Positions 48,453 to 58,766 of a stretch of DNA of 64,000 nucleotides are shown in pieces. Under the pieces are notes generated by a model, which did no database searches, was not told the origin of the DNA, and was given only the letters and a program-made list of their open reading frames with translations. The stretch comes from Patescibacteria group bacterium (lineage in GTDB: Bacteria; Patescibacteriota; Minisyncoccia; Phycocordibacterales; UBA9973), in assembly GCA_038063515.1 (NCBI GenBank), contig JBBTUY010000001.1, positions 10,972 through 74,971 of the forward strand. The letters are read 5' to 3'. Position 1 is the first letter of the stretch. Each line of letters begins with the position of its first letter. The position numbers were made by a program, and so were the translations under genes.

Positions 48453-49538
48453 ATGAACAAAGACTATTATGAAACATTAGGAGTAAATAAAAATGCCTCA
48501 AAAGAAGAAATCAAGAAGGCTTTTTATAAGCTCGCACACAAATACCACCCTGATAAAAAAGACGGAAATGAAGCTAAATTCAAGCAGGTAAATGAAGCGT
48601 ACCAAGTGCTCTCTGATGACTCTAAACGCTCTAAATATGACCAATACGGCTCTCAATATGAAAACATGGGTCATGCACATGCCGGACACCAAGGTGGCGG
48701 ATTTGAAGGTTTTGACTTTAGTGGCTTTGGACAGGGTGGGGCAGAGTTTGATTTTGGAAACTTAAACGATATCTTTTCTGATTTCTTTGGAGGTGGTATG
48801 GGAGCAAGAAGAGAACAAAGAAGAGGTAGAGACATTTCTACAGAAATACAAGTATCTTTTAGTGATGCTGTTTTTGGCATCACCAGAAAAGTTCTTATCA
48901 CAAAGACTTCTACTTGTGTGACATGTGATGGTAAAGGTGCGAAAATAGGTACTAAAATGGAAACCTGTAAGACATGTAATGGTCAAGGTAAGATACACGA
49001 AACAAAAAGATCATTCCTTGGAAATATTTCTACTACCAAAGTATGTGAGACATGTTTTGGTAGCGGTGAAGTACCAAAAGAAGTCTGTGATAAATGTAAA
49101 GGTAAAGGAGTACTTCGTCGTGAAGAAGAGATAACTATTATGATCCCTGCTGGCATCAGAGACGGTGAGATGATACGTATGACAGGCATGGGCGAAGCAG
49201 TTTCGAGAGGTATGACAGGGGACTTGTATATCAAGATAAACGTTGCTCCACACCCACTATTTAAACGTGACGGTAATGATTTGGTTATGAATCTCGATTT
49301 AAATTTATCTGATGCATTACTCGGTATGAAATATCCTGTAAAAACTTTAGATGGAGACATAGAAGTCACTATTCCTGAAGGAGTAAAGATAAATGAAGTG
49401 CTCCGAGTACGTGGCAAGGGTGTACCAAATAAAAATAAAAGAGGAGACTTGCTTATAAAATTAAATATAAAACTTCCACATAAGATTTCCAAAAAATCTC
49501 GTGAACTTATCGAGCAGCTTAAAAAAGAGGGGATATAA
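48453..49538 (+). CDS. dnaJ: Chaperone DnaJ
   Basis: J-domain with HPD (KYHPDK), G/F-rich linker, four CxxCxGxG repeats. Confidence 0.9.
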   Translation: MNKDYYETLGVNKNASKEEIKKAFYKLAHKYHPDKKDGNEAKFKQVNEAYQVLSDDSKRSKYDQYGSQYENMGHAHAGHQGGGFEGFDFSGFGQGGAEFDFGNLNDIFSDFFGGGMGARREQRRGRDISTEIQVSFSDAVFGITRKVLITKTSTCVTCDGKGAKIGTKMETCKTCNGQGKIHETKRSFLGNISTTKVCETCFGSGEVPKEVCDKCKGKGVLRREEEITIMIPAGIRDGEMIRMTGMGEAVSRGMTGDLYIKINVAPHPLFKRDGNDLVMNLDLNLSDALLGMKYPVKTLDGDIEVTIPEGVKINEVLRVRGKGVPNKNKRGDLLIKLNIKLPHKISKKSRELIEQLKKEGI

Positions 49539-50129
49539 ATGAACTTCGAACAAATAATCGCTTGTATTATTCTTATTATCCAGTCTATTGGAGTTTTTTT
49601 CTATATTCGTGATATGGTGCGTGGCACCACGAAACCAAACAGGATTACTTGGTTTATCTGGGCTCTGGCCCCGCTCATTACAACATGGATTGCAGTTAAA
49701 GCTGGTTCAGGACTTTCGATACTTCCAGTATTTCTAGCTGGATTTAATCCAGTTTTAGTTCTTATTGCTTCTTTTATAATTAAAAAAGGCTATTGGGAAA
49801 TAACCAAACTTGATGTTGTGTGTGGTATTTTAGCGGGTATCTCACTTTTGTTGTGGTTATTAACGCAAAGTTTTTGGGTTTCAATATTATTTGCGATTTT
49901 AAGTGATGGACTTGCTGCAGTTCCAACATTAATAAAATCATGGAAATTTCCTGAGACTGAAACTTCTTCTGCATATCTTGGCGGTGCAGTTGCCAATGTT
50001 CTTGGTCTTATAATAATTAAAGAGTGGACTTTCCCTATATACTCGTTTGGAGTTTATAATATTTTAATCAATTTACTAATCCTTTGTTTTATCCATCGCA
50101 AAAAGATTTTATTTTGGTATACTAGATAA
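49539..50129 (+). CDS. Polytopic membrane protein, hypothetical
   Basis: About 6 hydrophobic helices; no family signal recognised. Confidence 0.35.
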   Translation: MNFEQIIACIILIIQSIGVFFYIRDMVRGTTKPNRITWFIWALAPLITTWIAVKAGSGLSILPVFLAGFNPVLVLIASFIIKKGYWEITKLDVVCGILAGISLLLWLLTQSFWVSILFAILSDGLAAVPTLIKSWKFPETETSSAYLGGAVANVLGLIIIKEWTFPIYSFGVYNILINLLILCFIHRKKILFWYTR

Positions 50130-50133
50130 TATT

Positions 50134-51000
50134 ATGCATGAAGATAAAGAAGAACATGTGCCAAACAATTTTTTAGGAATAAATGAAGTGTCCATGGAAG
50201 AGGCACAGGTTTTAGTATTGCCAATACCTCTTGAGGCGACAGTGAGCTATGGTAAAGGTACTGCAAAAGGTCCCGAAGGTATCATTACAGCTTCACAGCA
50301 AGTAGAATTTTATGACCATGAGCTAGGGTATGAGGTGAATGAAGAAGTTAAAATAAAGACATTACCTTATATTGATTTTCCTGAACAAAACGCAGAAAAA
50401 GCACAAGCTATAATATCTGACACGATTAAAGACCTCACTGATAAATTTATATTAAGTCTTGGTGGAGAACACTCTATAACTCCAGCGCTTGTAAGTGAGT
50501 ACAAAAAGAAATACCCTGATCTTTCTATTTTATATTTTGATGCACATACTGACATGCGTGAAGAATACAGAGATACTAGGTGGTCTCATGCCTGTGCGGC
50601 TAGAAGATGCCAGGATGACCATGGTATTAAAAACATAGTCTGGGTAGGTACTAGAAATACTTCTCTAGGCGAACAGCAATATATAAATAAAGATCAAGTG
50701 AATTATGGAAATACATATGACTTAAAGAAAATTTTAAGTCAGCTTTCTGATAACGTATATCTTTCTTTTGATGTAGACGTCTTTGATGTCTCTACTATGC
50801 CAGCAACAGGTACACCAGAGCCAGGAGGAATTTCTTGGTATCAAGCAATGGAGATATTTGAAGCGGTGACACGTGAGAAAAATGTTGTCGGGGCGGATAT
50901 AGCAGAATGCTCTCCGATACAGACTCCTGGATTTCATGGGTATGATTTCTTAGTAGCAAAACTTGCTTTCAAGCTTATTGGGTATAAATTTAGAAAATAA
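50134..51000 (+). CDS. Ureohydrolase family (agmatinase/arginase-like)
   Basis: GGEHSIT, DAHTDMR and SFDVDVFD Mn-binding motifs. Confidence 0.7.
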   Translation: MHEDKEEHVPNNFLGINEVSMEEAQVLVLPIPLEATVSYGKGTAKGPEGIITASQQVEFYDHELGYEVNEEVKIKTLPYIDFPEQNAEKAQAIISDTIKDLTDKFILSLGGEHSITPALVSEYKKKYPDLSILYFDAHTDMREEYRDTRWSHACAARRCQDDHGIKNIVWVGTRNTSLGEQQYINKDQVNYGNTYDLKKILSQLSDNVYLSFDVDVFDVSTMPATGTPEPGGISWYQAMEIFEAVTREKNVVGADIAECSPIQTPGFHGYDFLVAKLAFKLIGYKFRK

Positions 51001-51006
51001 AAAATT

Positions 51007-52371
51007 TTAAATCTTAGAAATTTTTTGTCCTTCCTCGGTGTCTTTTACCTCATAGCCGAGAGACTTGATCTTATCTCGTAATTCATCAGAATTTTTAAAG
51101 TCTTTATTTTTTCGAGCTTGCTCTCTTTCTTTTATTATCGACTGAATATTTTCAGGAATTTCTATTTCTTTAGCTTCTTTTAGATTTTTAAAACCAAGTC
51201 CTAAAACTTTATCAAAGTCTAATATTGTCGCCTTGCGGTCTGCTTTAGAGACATTCTCGTCTCTAATTACATCCCAAAGTACTACTAATGCTCGAGGGGT
51301 GTCTAGGTCGTCCGTGATGCATTCAGCAAACTTTTTCTGGTATTTCTTGTCTATTTTACCCACTTTAGTACCTAGTGCTATATAGAGGGAATAAAGGCGT
51401 TTTAGGGCCGTTTCTGCCCCTTCTAGGGCCTCCCAGATGAAGTTTACACGTGTCCTGTAGTTGGCCATGAGAAGCCAGAATCTGTATGCCACAGGGTTTA
51501 TGTTTTGCTCTAGTAAATCTCGCAAAGTAAAGAAATTCTTCTCTGACTTAGACATTTTCTTATTGTCTACGAGGACCCATTCATTATGCATCCAGTATTT
51601 TACAAAATGTTTTCCAGTAGCACCTTCGGACTGAGCTATCTCATTTTCATGATGGGGGAATATGTTGTCTACTCCTCCTGTGTGGATATCAAGTTGCGCT
51701 CCGAGATTTGCTATAGACATAGCAGAACATTCTATATGCCAGCCTGGACGGCCTTTGCCAAGTTTTGTTTTCCAGAATACATCTCCATCTTTTTCGTCCC
51801 ATGCTTTCCATAATGCAAAGTCTTCAGCACTGTCTTTGTCATATTCGTCTTTTTTTATTCTACCTCCTGCATTTTCTTTTTGGTTTTTGAGTACGAGGTG
51901 AGAGAGCTTGCCGTAATTTTTAAATTTCTTTATATCAAAATACACAGAGCCGTCCTCGCTTTTATATGCGAGTTTTTTCTGTAATAACTTTTCTATGATC
52001 TTCACCATTTCTTTTACGTAGCTTGTGGCTTTGGTGAATTTCTTTGGATTTGTGATATTGAGAGATTTTATATCTTTAAAAAATTCTTTAGTGTAGAATT
52101 CTGTAAATTCTTTTAAAGTTTTTCCTTCTTTTTGTGATTCACGGATGGTCTTGTCATCTATGTCTGTGAGGTTCATTATGTGCTTTACTTTGTAGCCTTG
52201 GTAGATGAGGACACGTTTTAATGTGTCAGCAAATATGTAGGCTCTGTAGTTGCCTATGTGTGGATAGTTGTAGACTGTAGGTCCGCAGCTATACATTTTG
52301 ACTTCTTTTTTAGAAAGCGGTGTGAAGATTTCTTTTTTGCGTGATAGGGTATTATAGAATTTTATTTTCAT
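51007..52371 (-). CDS. cysS: Cysteine--tRNA ligase
   Basis: HIGN (PHIGNYRAY) and KMSKS class-I motifs plus a CysRS-type anticodon-binding domain. Confidence 0.9.
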   Translation of the reverse strand: MKIKFYNTLSRKKEIFTPLSKKEVKMYSCGPTVYNYPHIGNYRAYIFADTLKRVLIYQGYKVKHIMNLTDIDDKTIRESQKEGKTLKEFTEFYTKEFFKDIKSLNITNPKKFTKATSYVKEMVKIIEKLLQKKLAYKSEDGSVYFDIKKFKNYGKLSHLVLKNQKENAGGRIKKDEYDKDSAEDFALWKAWDEKDGDVFWKTKLGKGRPGWHIECSAMSIANLGAQLDIHTGGVDNIFPHHENEIAQSEGATGKHFVKYWMHNEWVLVDNKKMSKSEKNFFTLRDLLEQNINPVAYRFWLLMANYRTRVNFIWEALEGAETALKRLYSLYIALGTKVGKIDKKYQKKFAECITDDLDTPRALVVLWDVIRDENVSKADRKATILDFDKVLGLGFKNLKEAKEIEIPENIQSIIKEREQARKNKDFKNSDELRDKIKSLGYEVKDTEEGQKISKI

Positions 52372-52380
52372 TTTATTTTC

Positions 52381-53397
52381 TTAAACTCTTTGTTCATTAA
52401 ATTCATTTCTATAAATAGATATGAGTGTGTAGAGTAGACTCACAGCAAGCGGTCCTACGAGCACCCCTATAGGTCCCAAGAAGGCTATGCCTCCTAGTAC
52501 AGAAAAGAGGATTAGAAATGGATGAATGTTTGTTTGCTTTCCGACAACAAGCGGACTCAAAACATTGTCTATCATTCCTACAATAACAATAGACCAACAC
52601 AAGAGCCCTATGGCTGCAGGTGTGTTTCCAGTTATCATTAAGAAAATAATAGCAGGTACGGATACGAGCGCAGTACCGAGAGTGGGTATGAGAGACATAA
52701 TAGCAGCGACTACACCCCAGAGTGCAGGATTTGGAACATTAAAGAGCCATAAACCAAAGCCCATGAGCATACCTTGAACGAGAGCTATCAAAAGGTAGCC
52801 TTTAACGACAGCATTAACTGCTATTACGAGGTGACTTGTAATTTTTTCATTATATTTGTCTCCGAGAGGTGAGAGGGCTCTTAGAGATTCTTTCCATCTT
52901 GAGCCATCTTTTAAGAAATAGAAAATAATTAAAAGCATTAATATGAAAGAAAAGAATGCTGACAAGGTGCTTTTAAATATATTCGCTATGTTGCTCGATA
53001 CATATGAAATGAGTTCTGTGGCTTTATCGTTTATGTCAAAAGTTACACCTACTGGTAAGTGCTTGCTTATTGTTACTCCTAGGGATTTTATAAATGGACC
53101 AGTGTCTTTGTTGTTTACTACGAGATGGTATACATCTTCACTTTGGTTGTAAACGAGAGTACCAATTAGGAGGAGCGGACCACATATTATGATAGTAAAT
53201 AGTATTACAGTTATTAGTGAAGCAAGCCATTCTGGAAGCTTTATGTTTAACCATCTGTAAATAGGGTGTAATACTATTGCAAAGCAGACACCGAGAACTA
53301 ATACTATCCAAAAAGGACGGAAAATTAAGAAAGTGAATGCTAAAGTCGCTATTAAAAGCCCAAAGAAAAAGTATCTTTCACTAGTTTTTGTTTGCAT
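52381..53397 (-). CDS. AI-2E family (PerM/YhhT-like) transporter
   Basis: Eight TM segments with an AI-2E-like topology. Confidence 0.5.
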   Translation of the reverse strand: MQTKTSERYFFFGLLIATLAFTFLIFRPFWIVLVLGVCFAIVLHPIYRWLNIKLPEWLASLITVILFTIIICGPLLLIGTLVYNQSEDVYHLVVNNKDTGPFIKSLGVTISKHLPVGVTFDINDKATELISYVSSNIANIFKSTLSAFFSFILMLLIIFYFLKDGSRWKESLRALSPLGDKYNEKITSHLVIAVNAVVKGYLLIALVQGMLMGFGLWLFNVPNPALWGVVAAIMSLIPTLGTALVSVPAIIFLMITGNTPAAIGLLCWSIVIVGMIDNVLSPLVVGKQTNIHPFLILFSVLGGIAFLGPIGVLVGPLAVSLLYTLISIYRNEFNEQRV

Positions 53398-53495
53398 GCT
53401 TTAAGTATAGCATTCGGTAGTAGAGCTTTGCAAAGTCTCGCTCCTAAGTGCTAAAAGCTTGCTTTTTAACACGATTTCTTATAATATAAGGCAAT

Positions 53496-53834
53496 ATGAA
53501 AACAGCAGAGTATGCAGTCATACAAACAGGCGGAAAACAATACAAAGTCTCAGAAGGAGACGTTGTTTCTATTGAGAAAATAAAAGCTCTAAAGGGAAGT
53601 GAATACAAAAAAGGAGACAAGGTTTCCTTTGATCAAGTTCTCTTAGTTGATAGTGGTAAAGATGTAACAATAGGTACTCCTTACATAACTGGTGCTAAAG
53701 TTGACGCTGAAATTACAGAAATAGGACGAGCAAGAAAGATACTTGTTGTAAAATATAAACAAAAGTCTCGCTACCTCCGCCGAAACGGTCACCGCCAGCC
53801 ATTCTTTAAAGTAAAAATAACTTCCATAAAATAA
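53496..53834 (+). CDS. rplU: 50S ribosomal protein L21
   Basis: YAVIQTGGKQYKVSEGD signature. Confidence 0.85.
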   Translation: MKTAEYAVIQTGGKQYKVSEGDVVSIEKIKALKGSEYKKGDKVSFDQVLLVDSGKDVTIGTPYITGAKVDAEITEIGRARKILVVKYKQKSRYLRRNGHRQPFFKVKITSIK

Positions 53835-53835
53835 T

Positions 53836-53857
53836 CTGCCTCAAGGGCAGGTTTTTT
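53836..53857 (+). terminator. Rho-independent terminator CTGCC-TCAAG-GGCAG plus T6
   Basis: Perfect stem and U-run directly after rplU. Confidence 0.75.
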
Positions 53858-53877
53858 ATTTATGTTATAATATTCTT

Positions 53878-54267
53878 ATGAAAAAATACGAGCAGATTAT
53901 TAAGAAATATTTAAAGGAAAGAGGATGGGATGATTTGCGTCCGGCGGATATTGCTAAGTCTATATCCATAGAGTCCGCAGAGCTTTTAGAGATTTTTCAG
54001 TGGAGCAATCAAAGTCTCGCAGAAGTAAAAAAAGATAAAGAAAAAATAGAAAAGATCAAAAATGAATTAGCTGATGTCTTGAATTATTGTTTTGATATGA
54101 CTGTACTTCTAAATCTAAATACTGAGAAAATACTCATGGATAAGTTAAAAAAAGTTAAAGCAAAGTATCCTGCCCATTTATTTAAAAACCGACCTAAAAA
54201 CGTAGATGCTGGCTCAGAAGAGATCTATTGGAAAATCAAAAAGGAACACAGAATGAAGGGGGAGTAA
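53878..54267 (+). CDS. MazG-like nucleotide pyrophosphohydrolase
   Basis: All-alpha NTP-PPase motifs (ESAELLEIFQW...ELADVLNY). Confidence 0.55.
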   Translation: MKKYEQIIKKYLKERGWDDLRPADIAKSISIESAELLEIFQWSNQSLAEVKKDKEKIEKIKNELADVLNYCFDMTVLLNLNTEKILMDKLKKVKAKYPAHLFKNRPKNVDAGSEEIYWKIKKEHRMKGE

Positions 54268-54294
54268 TTGGTCAAACTGCCAGGTCGACCAATT

Positions 54295-54906
54295 CTACTG
54301 CCTATTTTTTAATGCATTTTTGAGAGTTTCATTGTCTGAGTATTCAAGCTCGGTGCCTGTTGAGAGTCCACGACCTAGGGAAGATATTTTAGTATTATTT
54401 TTTTCTAGAATAAGAGCAAGCTCTTCGCGTACATAAGAGTCTGTATGGTTGCCTTGAGGGTTTAATGAAAAGGCGAGTACTATCTCTTTTATCTCTTTAT
54501 TATTTTTTATTTTGTTTTTTAATTCTTCTATCCTCACTCGACTTTTGGTATTCTTCTCTACTATAGGTACAAGTCCACCGAGTACAAAATACTTTCCAGT
54601 ATAGACTCTACTTTTCTTTACGGATTCTAGATCAGAATCTTTTTCTACTATCATAAGCATCGATGTATCCACATTTATGTCACTGCATACATCACAATTT
54701 TTATTGTTACCATTTTTGATGATGAAAAATCTAAAACATTCTCTGCACTGAGCCACTTCTTTTTTTATATCTGCTATGAGGCTTGATAAATTTTCGTTAT
54801 ACGCTCCTGTTTTAGACATTAAGAAATACACAAACCTTCTTGCTTGTCTCTCACCTATACCAGGGAATTCCTTAAATACTTCTGTTAGTTTATCTATGAC
54901 ATCCAT
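54295..54906 (-). CDS. recR: Recombination protein RecR
   Basis: N-terminal HhH (FPGIGERQARR), C4 zinc finger (CxxC...CxxC), Toprim. Confidence 0.85.
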   Translation of the reverse strand: MDVIDKLTEVFKEFPGIGERQARRFVYFLMSKTGAYNENLSSLIADIKKEVAQCRECFRFFIIKNGNNKNCDVCSDINVDTSMLMIVEKDSDLESVKKSRVYTGKYFVLGGLVPIVEKNTKSRVRIEELKNKIKNNKEIKEIVLAFSLNPQGNHTDSYVREELALILEKNNTKISSLGRGLSTGTELEYSDNETLKNALKNRQ

Positions 54907-54921
54907 CTTATTAATTTCATC

Positions 54922-56358
54922 TTAAAATTCATCCAGACTTCCAGAAATCTTTGATGGTGTAAATTCACTAATATTACTTTTCTCTAAGTTTAAGAATGTT
55001 GTCGTCTTCTCGTCGAAATAAAGTTCTACTTTACCCGTAGGACCATTTCTGTGTTTCTCTACTAGTATCTCGGCTATGTTTGTTCTCTCAGATTCATCTT
55101 TGCCTTTATCTTCACGGTGGATGAACATGACAACGTCTGCATCCTGCTCTATGGATCCAGAGTCACGTAGGTCTGAGAGGCGAGGCTTGCCCCCACGACT
55201 TTCCACTGCACGAGAGAGCTGAGAAAGTGCAAGCACGGGTACATCGAGCTCTTTTGCGAGGCTTTTGAGTGAACGAGATATCTCTGTAACTTGGTTTACC
55301 ATCGAGTCGTAATTTTTAGTTGTTGACATAAGCTGTAAGTAATCTACGACAATGAGGTCGACTCCTTTTTCAGCTTTGATTCTACGAGCAAGTGCCTTCA
55401 TGCGGACTATGGAGTTACCTGCTTGGTCATCAATGTATATTTTTGCTTTTGCAAGCTTGTCGAGAGAGTCACGAAGCTGAGAGAATTCTCTGTCTGAAGA
55501 AAGGTTTCCAGTACGGAGACTCCACGCATTTACTCGAGACTGTGCAGAAAGCATGCGGTCCACTAGCTGTTGCGAGGACATTTCAAGAGAAAATATTAAT
55601 ATTGATTTATCGTGAACGGTTGCAGCGAGTCTAGATATGTCTAGTGCAAGAGTCGTCTTACCCATACTTGGACGAGCAGCGAGAATGATGAGGTCTGAAG
55701 GCTGGAGACCAGAAAGCATCAGATCAAGATCTTTAAATCCAGTTGGTAATCCACGAAGCATGCCTTTGTTCTCATGAAGCTTCTCTAATCTTTCGTATGC
55801 TTCAGGTAGGGAATCCTTAAGAGTTACAAATTTTTGATTTTTAGGACTAGATACTACGCTAAACATTTTCTTTTCAGCTAAATCTAAAATGTCATCCATG
55901 TGGTCTTCACCTTCTTCGAATGCAAGTTCAGAGACATAGTCTGCTGCTTCTATGAGGCTTCTTAATACATATTTTTTTTGCACTATGTCTGCATAATGTT
56001 TAACATTAGTAGAAGATGGAACAATGTTTACTATTTCTGCGAGATATTGATTTCCACCGACTGCTTCTAAGAGTTTTTGTTCACCTAATTTTGTAGAAAG
56101 TGAAAGCATGTCTATAGGCTCATTCTTGAGAGATAGATCAAGCATCGCATTAAATATTTTCTTATGCTTTTCTACATAGAAAGATTCTGGTGTCACCATG
56201 TCTTCTATTTCATGCATTGCATCTTTGCGTAGCATTATGGATCCAAGCACTGCTTGTTCTGAAGGTATGCTCTGAGGAGGTATGCGGATACTGCCTGAAT
56301 TGAAATTTGGTTTTGGGTTTTGTTTATTATGAAAATTATTTTTAGCGTTCCTGTCCAT
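54922..56358 (-). CDS. dnaB: Replicative DNA helicase DnaB
   Basis: Walker A ARPSMGKTTLALD and the DnaB N- and C-terminal domains; no intein. Confidence 0.9.
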   Translation of the reverse strand: MDRNAKNNFHNKQNPKPNFNSGSIRIPPQSIPSEQAVLGSIMLRKDAMHEIEDMVTPESFYVEKHKKIFNAMLDLSLKNEPIDMLSLSTKLGEQKLLEAVGGNQYLAEIVNIVPSSTNVKHYADIVQKKYVLRSLIEAADYVSELAFEEGEDHMDDILDLAEKKMFSVVSSPKNQKFVTLKDSLPEAYERLEKLHENKGMLRGLPTGFKDLDLMLSGLQPSDLIILAARPSMGKTTLALDISRLAATVHDKSILIFSLEMSSQQLVDRMLSAQSRVNAWSLRTGNLSSDREFSQLRDSLDKLAKAKIYIDDQAGNSIVRMKALARRIKAEKGVDLIVVDYLQLMSTTKNYDSMVNQVTEISRSLKSLAKELDVPVLALSQLSRAVESRGGKPRLSDLRDSGSIEQDADVVMFIHREDKGKDESERTNIAEILVEKHRNGPTGKVELYFDEKTTTFLNLEKSNISEFTPSKISGSLDEF

Positions 56359-56460
56359 ACAAGAATATTAACATACTAGAAAATTTGAGGAAGCCTCTCT
56401 GGTGCGTAAAAGTGGGGGTAAGGTGTGGAGAATTATTTTAAGTGTGATAATATAGTAAAT

Positions 56461-57417
56461 ATGTCTAAGAAAATACTATTATCTGGTTTAAAACCAACAG
56501 GAGCCCCGCATATAGGGAATTATTTTGGTGCAATAAAACAATGGGTAGATCTAATAAATGAGTATGAAAGCTATGTCTTTATTGCTGACTACCACGCCTT
56601 GAATTTCATTCAAAATAGAGAAGAAATGAGTAAAAATATTGTAAATGTTCTGCTCGACTATTTAGCGCTTGGTCTTGATCCAGCAAAAGTTACAATATTT
56701 AAACAAAGTGATGTGAGTGTTCACACTGAGCTCACTTGGATTTTTGATACTATCACCACCATGCCTTACCTTATGCGAGCACATGCATATAAAGATGCAG
56801 AAGCGAAGAATAAAGAGATAGTAGTAGGAACTTTTAATTACCCGTTACTTATGGCTTCTGACATATTGCTTTATGATGCAAATATTGTACCTGTGGGCCA
56901 AGACCAACAGCAGCACGTAGAAATAGCGAGAGATACAGCTCAAAAATTCAACAATACTTTCGGTGAAACTTTTATATTACCAGAACACAAGATAGTGAAA
57001 GAGGTAGCTGTAGTTCCGGGTACAGACGGAAGAAAGATGAGCAAGAGTTATGGCAATACAATCCCGCTATTTGCAGAATATGAAGAAATACAAAAGTTAA
57101 TTATGGGTATTGTGACTGATTCAAGTGAAGGTATTCCTAAAAATGTTTATGAGATACACAAGCTTGTGAGAAGTGAAGATGAATTAAAAAAGATTTATGA
57201 AGAAAATTCAGGAAAGTACAAGATCTTAAAAGAGACACTAATAGAAGACTTAGAGAAATTCATCGCTCCACTTAGGGAAAAGAGGAAAGAATTTGAGAAA
57301 GATATACCAAAAGCACTAGAAATATTAAAAAAGGGTGGAGAAAAAGCAAAGAAAATTGCCGAAGAAAAAATGAAAGAAGTGAGAAAGAAAATAGGAGTGG
57401 ATGTTTATGAAAAATAA
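56461..57417 (+). CDS. trpS: Tryptophan--tRNA ligase
   Basis: HIGN (GAPHIGNYFGA) and KMSKS motifs. ATG 56461 chosen within the longer frame. Confidence 0.85.
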   Translation: MSKKILLSGLKPTGAPHIGNYFGAIKQWVDLINEYESYVFIADYHALNFIQNREEMSKNIVNVLLDYLALGLDPAKVTIFKQSDVSVHTELTWIFDTITTMPYLMRAHAYKDAEAKNKEIVVGTFNYPLLMASDILLYDANIVPVGQDQQQHVEIARDTAQKFNNTFGETFILPEHKIVKEVAVVPGTDGRKMSKSYGNTIPLFAEYEEIQKLIMGIVTDSSEGIPKNVYEIHKLVRSEDELKKIYEENSGKYKILKETLIEDLEKFIAPLREKRKEFEKDIPKALEILKKGGEKAKKIAEEKMKEVRKKIGVDVYEK

Positions 57418-57700
57418 TATAGATCTCTATAAAAAGGAAGTGACTGAAGTTATTTATAAAATAGCTAAAGATAAAGGTCTTTTGTCTGATTTTATAAAAG
57501 ATATATTAACCCCCCGAGAGTTTGAAAATCTAAGTGTTCGCTGGCAGATAGTCAAACGTCTCTCAAGAGGGGAACATCATCAATCCATAGCAGAAGATTT
57601 ACATTTAGGTGTCGCTACTGTTACCAGGGGATCCAGGGAGATGCGTAAGAAAGAAGGCGGACTTCAAAGAGCATTAAAAGTCCTTAAAGCTATTAAATAA
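57401..57700 (+). CDS. TrpR-like protein (YerC/YecD family)
   Basis: TPREFENLSVRWQIVKRLSRGEHHQSIAEDLHLGVATVTRGS matches the Trp-repressor-like HTH; 17-nt overlap with trpS. Confidence 0.6.
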   Translation: MFMKNNIDLYKKEVTEVIYKIAKDKGLLSDFIKDILTPREFENLSVRWQIVKRLSRGEHHQSIAEDLHLGVATVTRGSREMRKKEGGLQRALKVLKAIK

Positions 57701-57989
57701 AAAACAAAGTTACTCACACATATATAAAAGTCACACTTGACTTTCTTTTCTATATATACTAGCATACTAGTATGATAGTAATAAATCATTTTCAAATGCA
57801 AAAAAATACATTAAACATAATGAGTGAAAATAGGGAAGTCACTGGGTTATCTTGGTGGGGCGTAAAGCATCTAGCTTTTACGTCTCTCTGTTGATTTCTT
57901 ACTTAATTTTAATTGACTATTTAAAACAAGGAATCCATTAAGTGGCGCAAGAGCGTCATTTTTTTTGTTCTTTAAAAAAGGAGATTAAT

Positions 57990-58766
57990 ATGAAGAGAAA
58001 AGAACTACAGCTCCAGCTGCCAAACGTCGCTGAGATTCCTGCTTGGGTCTTGCGCTCTATTGAGCGCAAGATTAAGAGTGGAACACTTATACTTGTATCT
58101 GCAGTTTGCCCTGACTATGAAAGAGCAGATCGTAGATTTACTTATAAAAATGTTGGCTGGGGTGTACCATACATCGCTGGCCAACATTTGGAAGTGGTCA
58201 AAGCATTAATTTCTCAAATTCCTAATTCTGTTAAAGTTACATACCATGTAACTTTGGCTGATACTGAATTTGATTTACCACTCGTCATGGATCATTTGGT
58301 TGGAGGTGATCCAAATGAATTTCTCCAACGCTGCCAACTTAGTTGCGAGAAAATTCTAGAGCGGGCGCTGGAAATAAATTTGCCAGTCAAAAGCTCAAGC
58401 CGCTTCACTGAGGTTTTCCCTCAATGGTTTCAACTGTATGAATTAGCACTTTTGCAATTCAAACAAGAAGCTAAAGTTAGCTCTTCAACCGGATACGATT
58501 TAGAGTCGGGAGCACAGAAACGTGTCCCACTCTATGCGGCAATGGCGGGTCACGAAGTTGGTGTGGAGTATTGTCGAGAGATGGTATTACGCCAGTGGGC
58601 TCAATATGCGGCATGGGGTGAGGCTGCGCGTGGGGTCTTTGGTCAAGACTTTGTCATGATCAATCACTCGACCCCCAACCTAGGTCGGGTCAATGATCAG
58701 ATTTTCCGGAAGGATAGGGAACGAATTCCAATCCTTCAACTATCGACCACTACGACACCCGAGTAG
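57990..58766 (+). CDS. Hypothetical protein encoded by a GC-rich (about 50%) segment; unknown function
   Basis: AAGGAG SD 6 nt upstream of ATG 57990; composition differs sharply from the flanks. No family recognised. Confidence 0.4.
   Translation: MKRKELQLQLPNVAEIPAWVLRSIERKIKSGTLILVSAVCPDYERADRRFTYKNVGWGVPYIAGQHLEVVKALISQIPNSVKVTYHVTLADTEFDLPLVMDHLVGGDPNEFLQRCQLSCEKILERALEINLPVKSSSRFTEVFPQWFQLYELALLQFKQEAKVSSSTGYDLESGAQKRVPLYAAMAGHEVGVEYCREMVLRQWAQYAAWGEAARGVFGQDFVMINHSTPNLGRVNDQIFRKDRERIPILQLSTTTTPE

Noticed and set aside
48983-49492. 169-aa minus-strand ORF
   Set aside because: Antisense shadow of dnaJ.
53401-53470. CIRCE-like or operator palindrome between the AI-2E gene and rplU
   Set aside because: Only an imperfect GAGCTTTGC/GCAAAGTCTC palindrome with a half-site resembling GTGCTAA. 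Too degenerate to call.
56359-56460. T-box riboswitch upstream of trpS
   Set aside because: The intergenic region is only about 100 nt and lacks the AGGGUGGNACCGCG T-box sequence.
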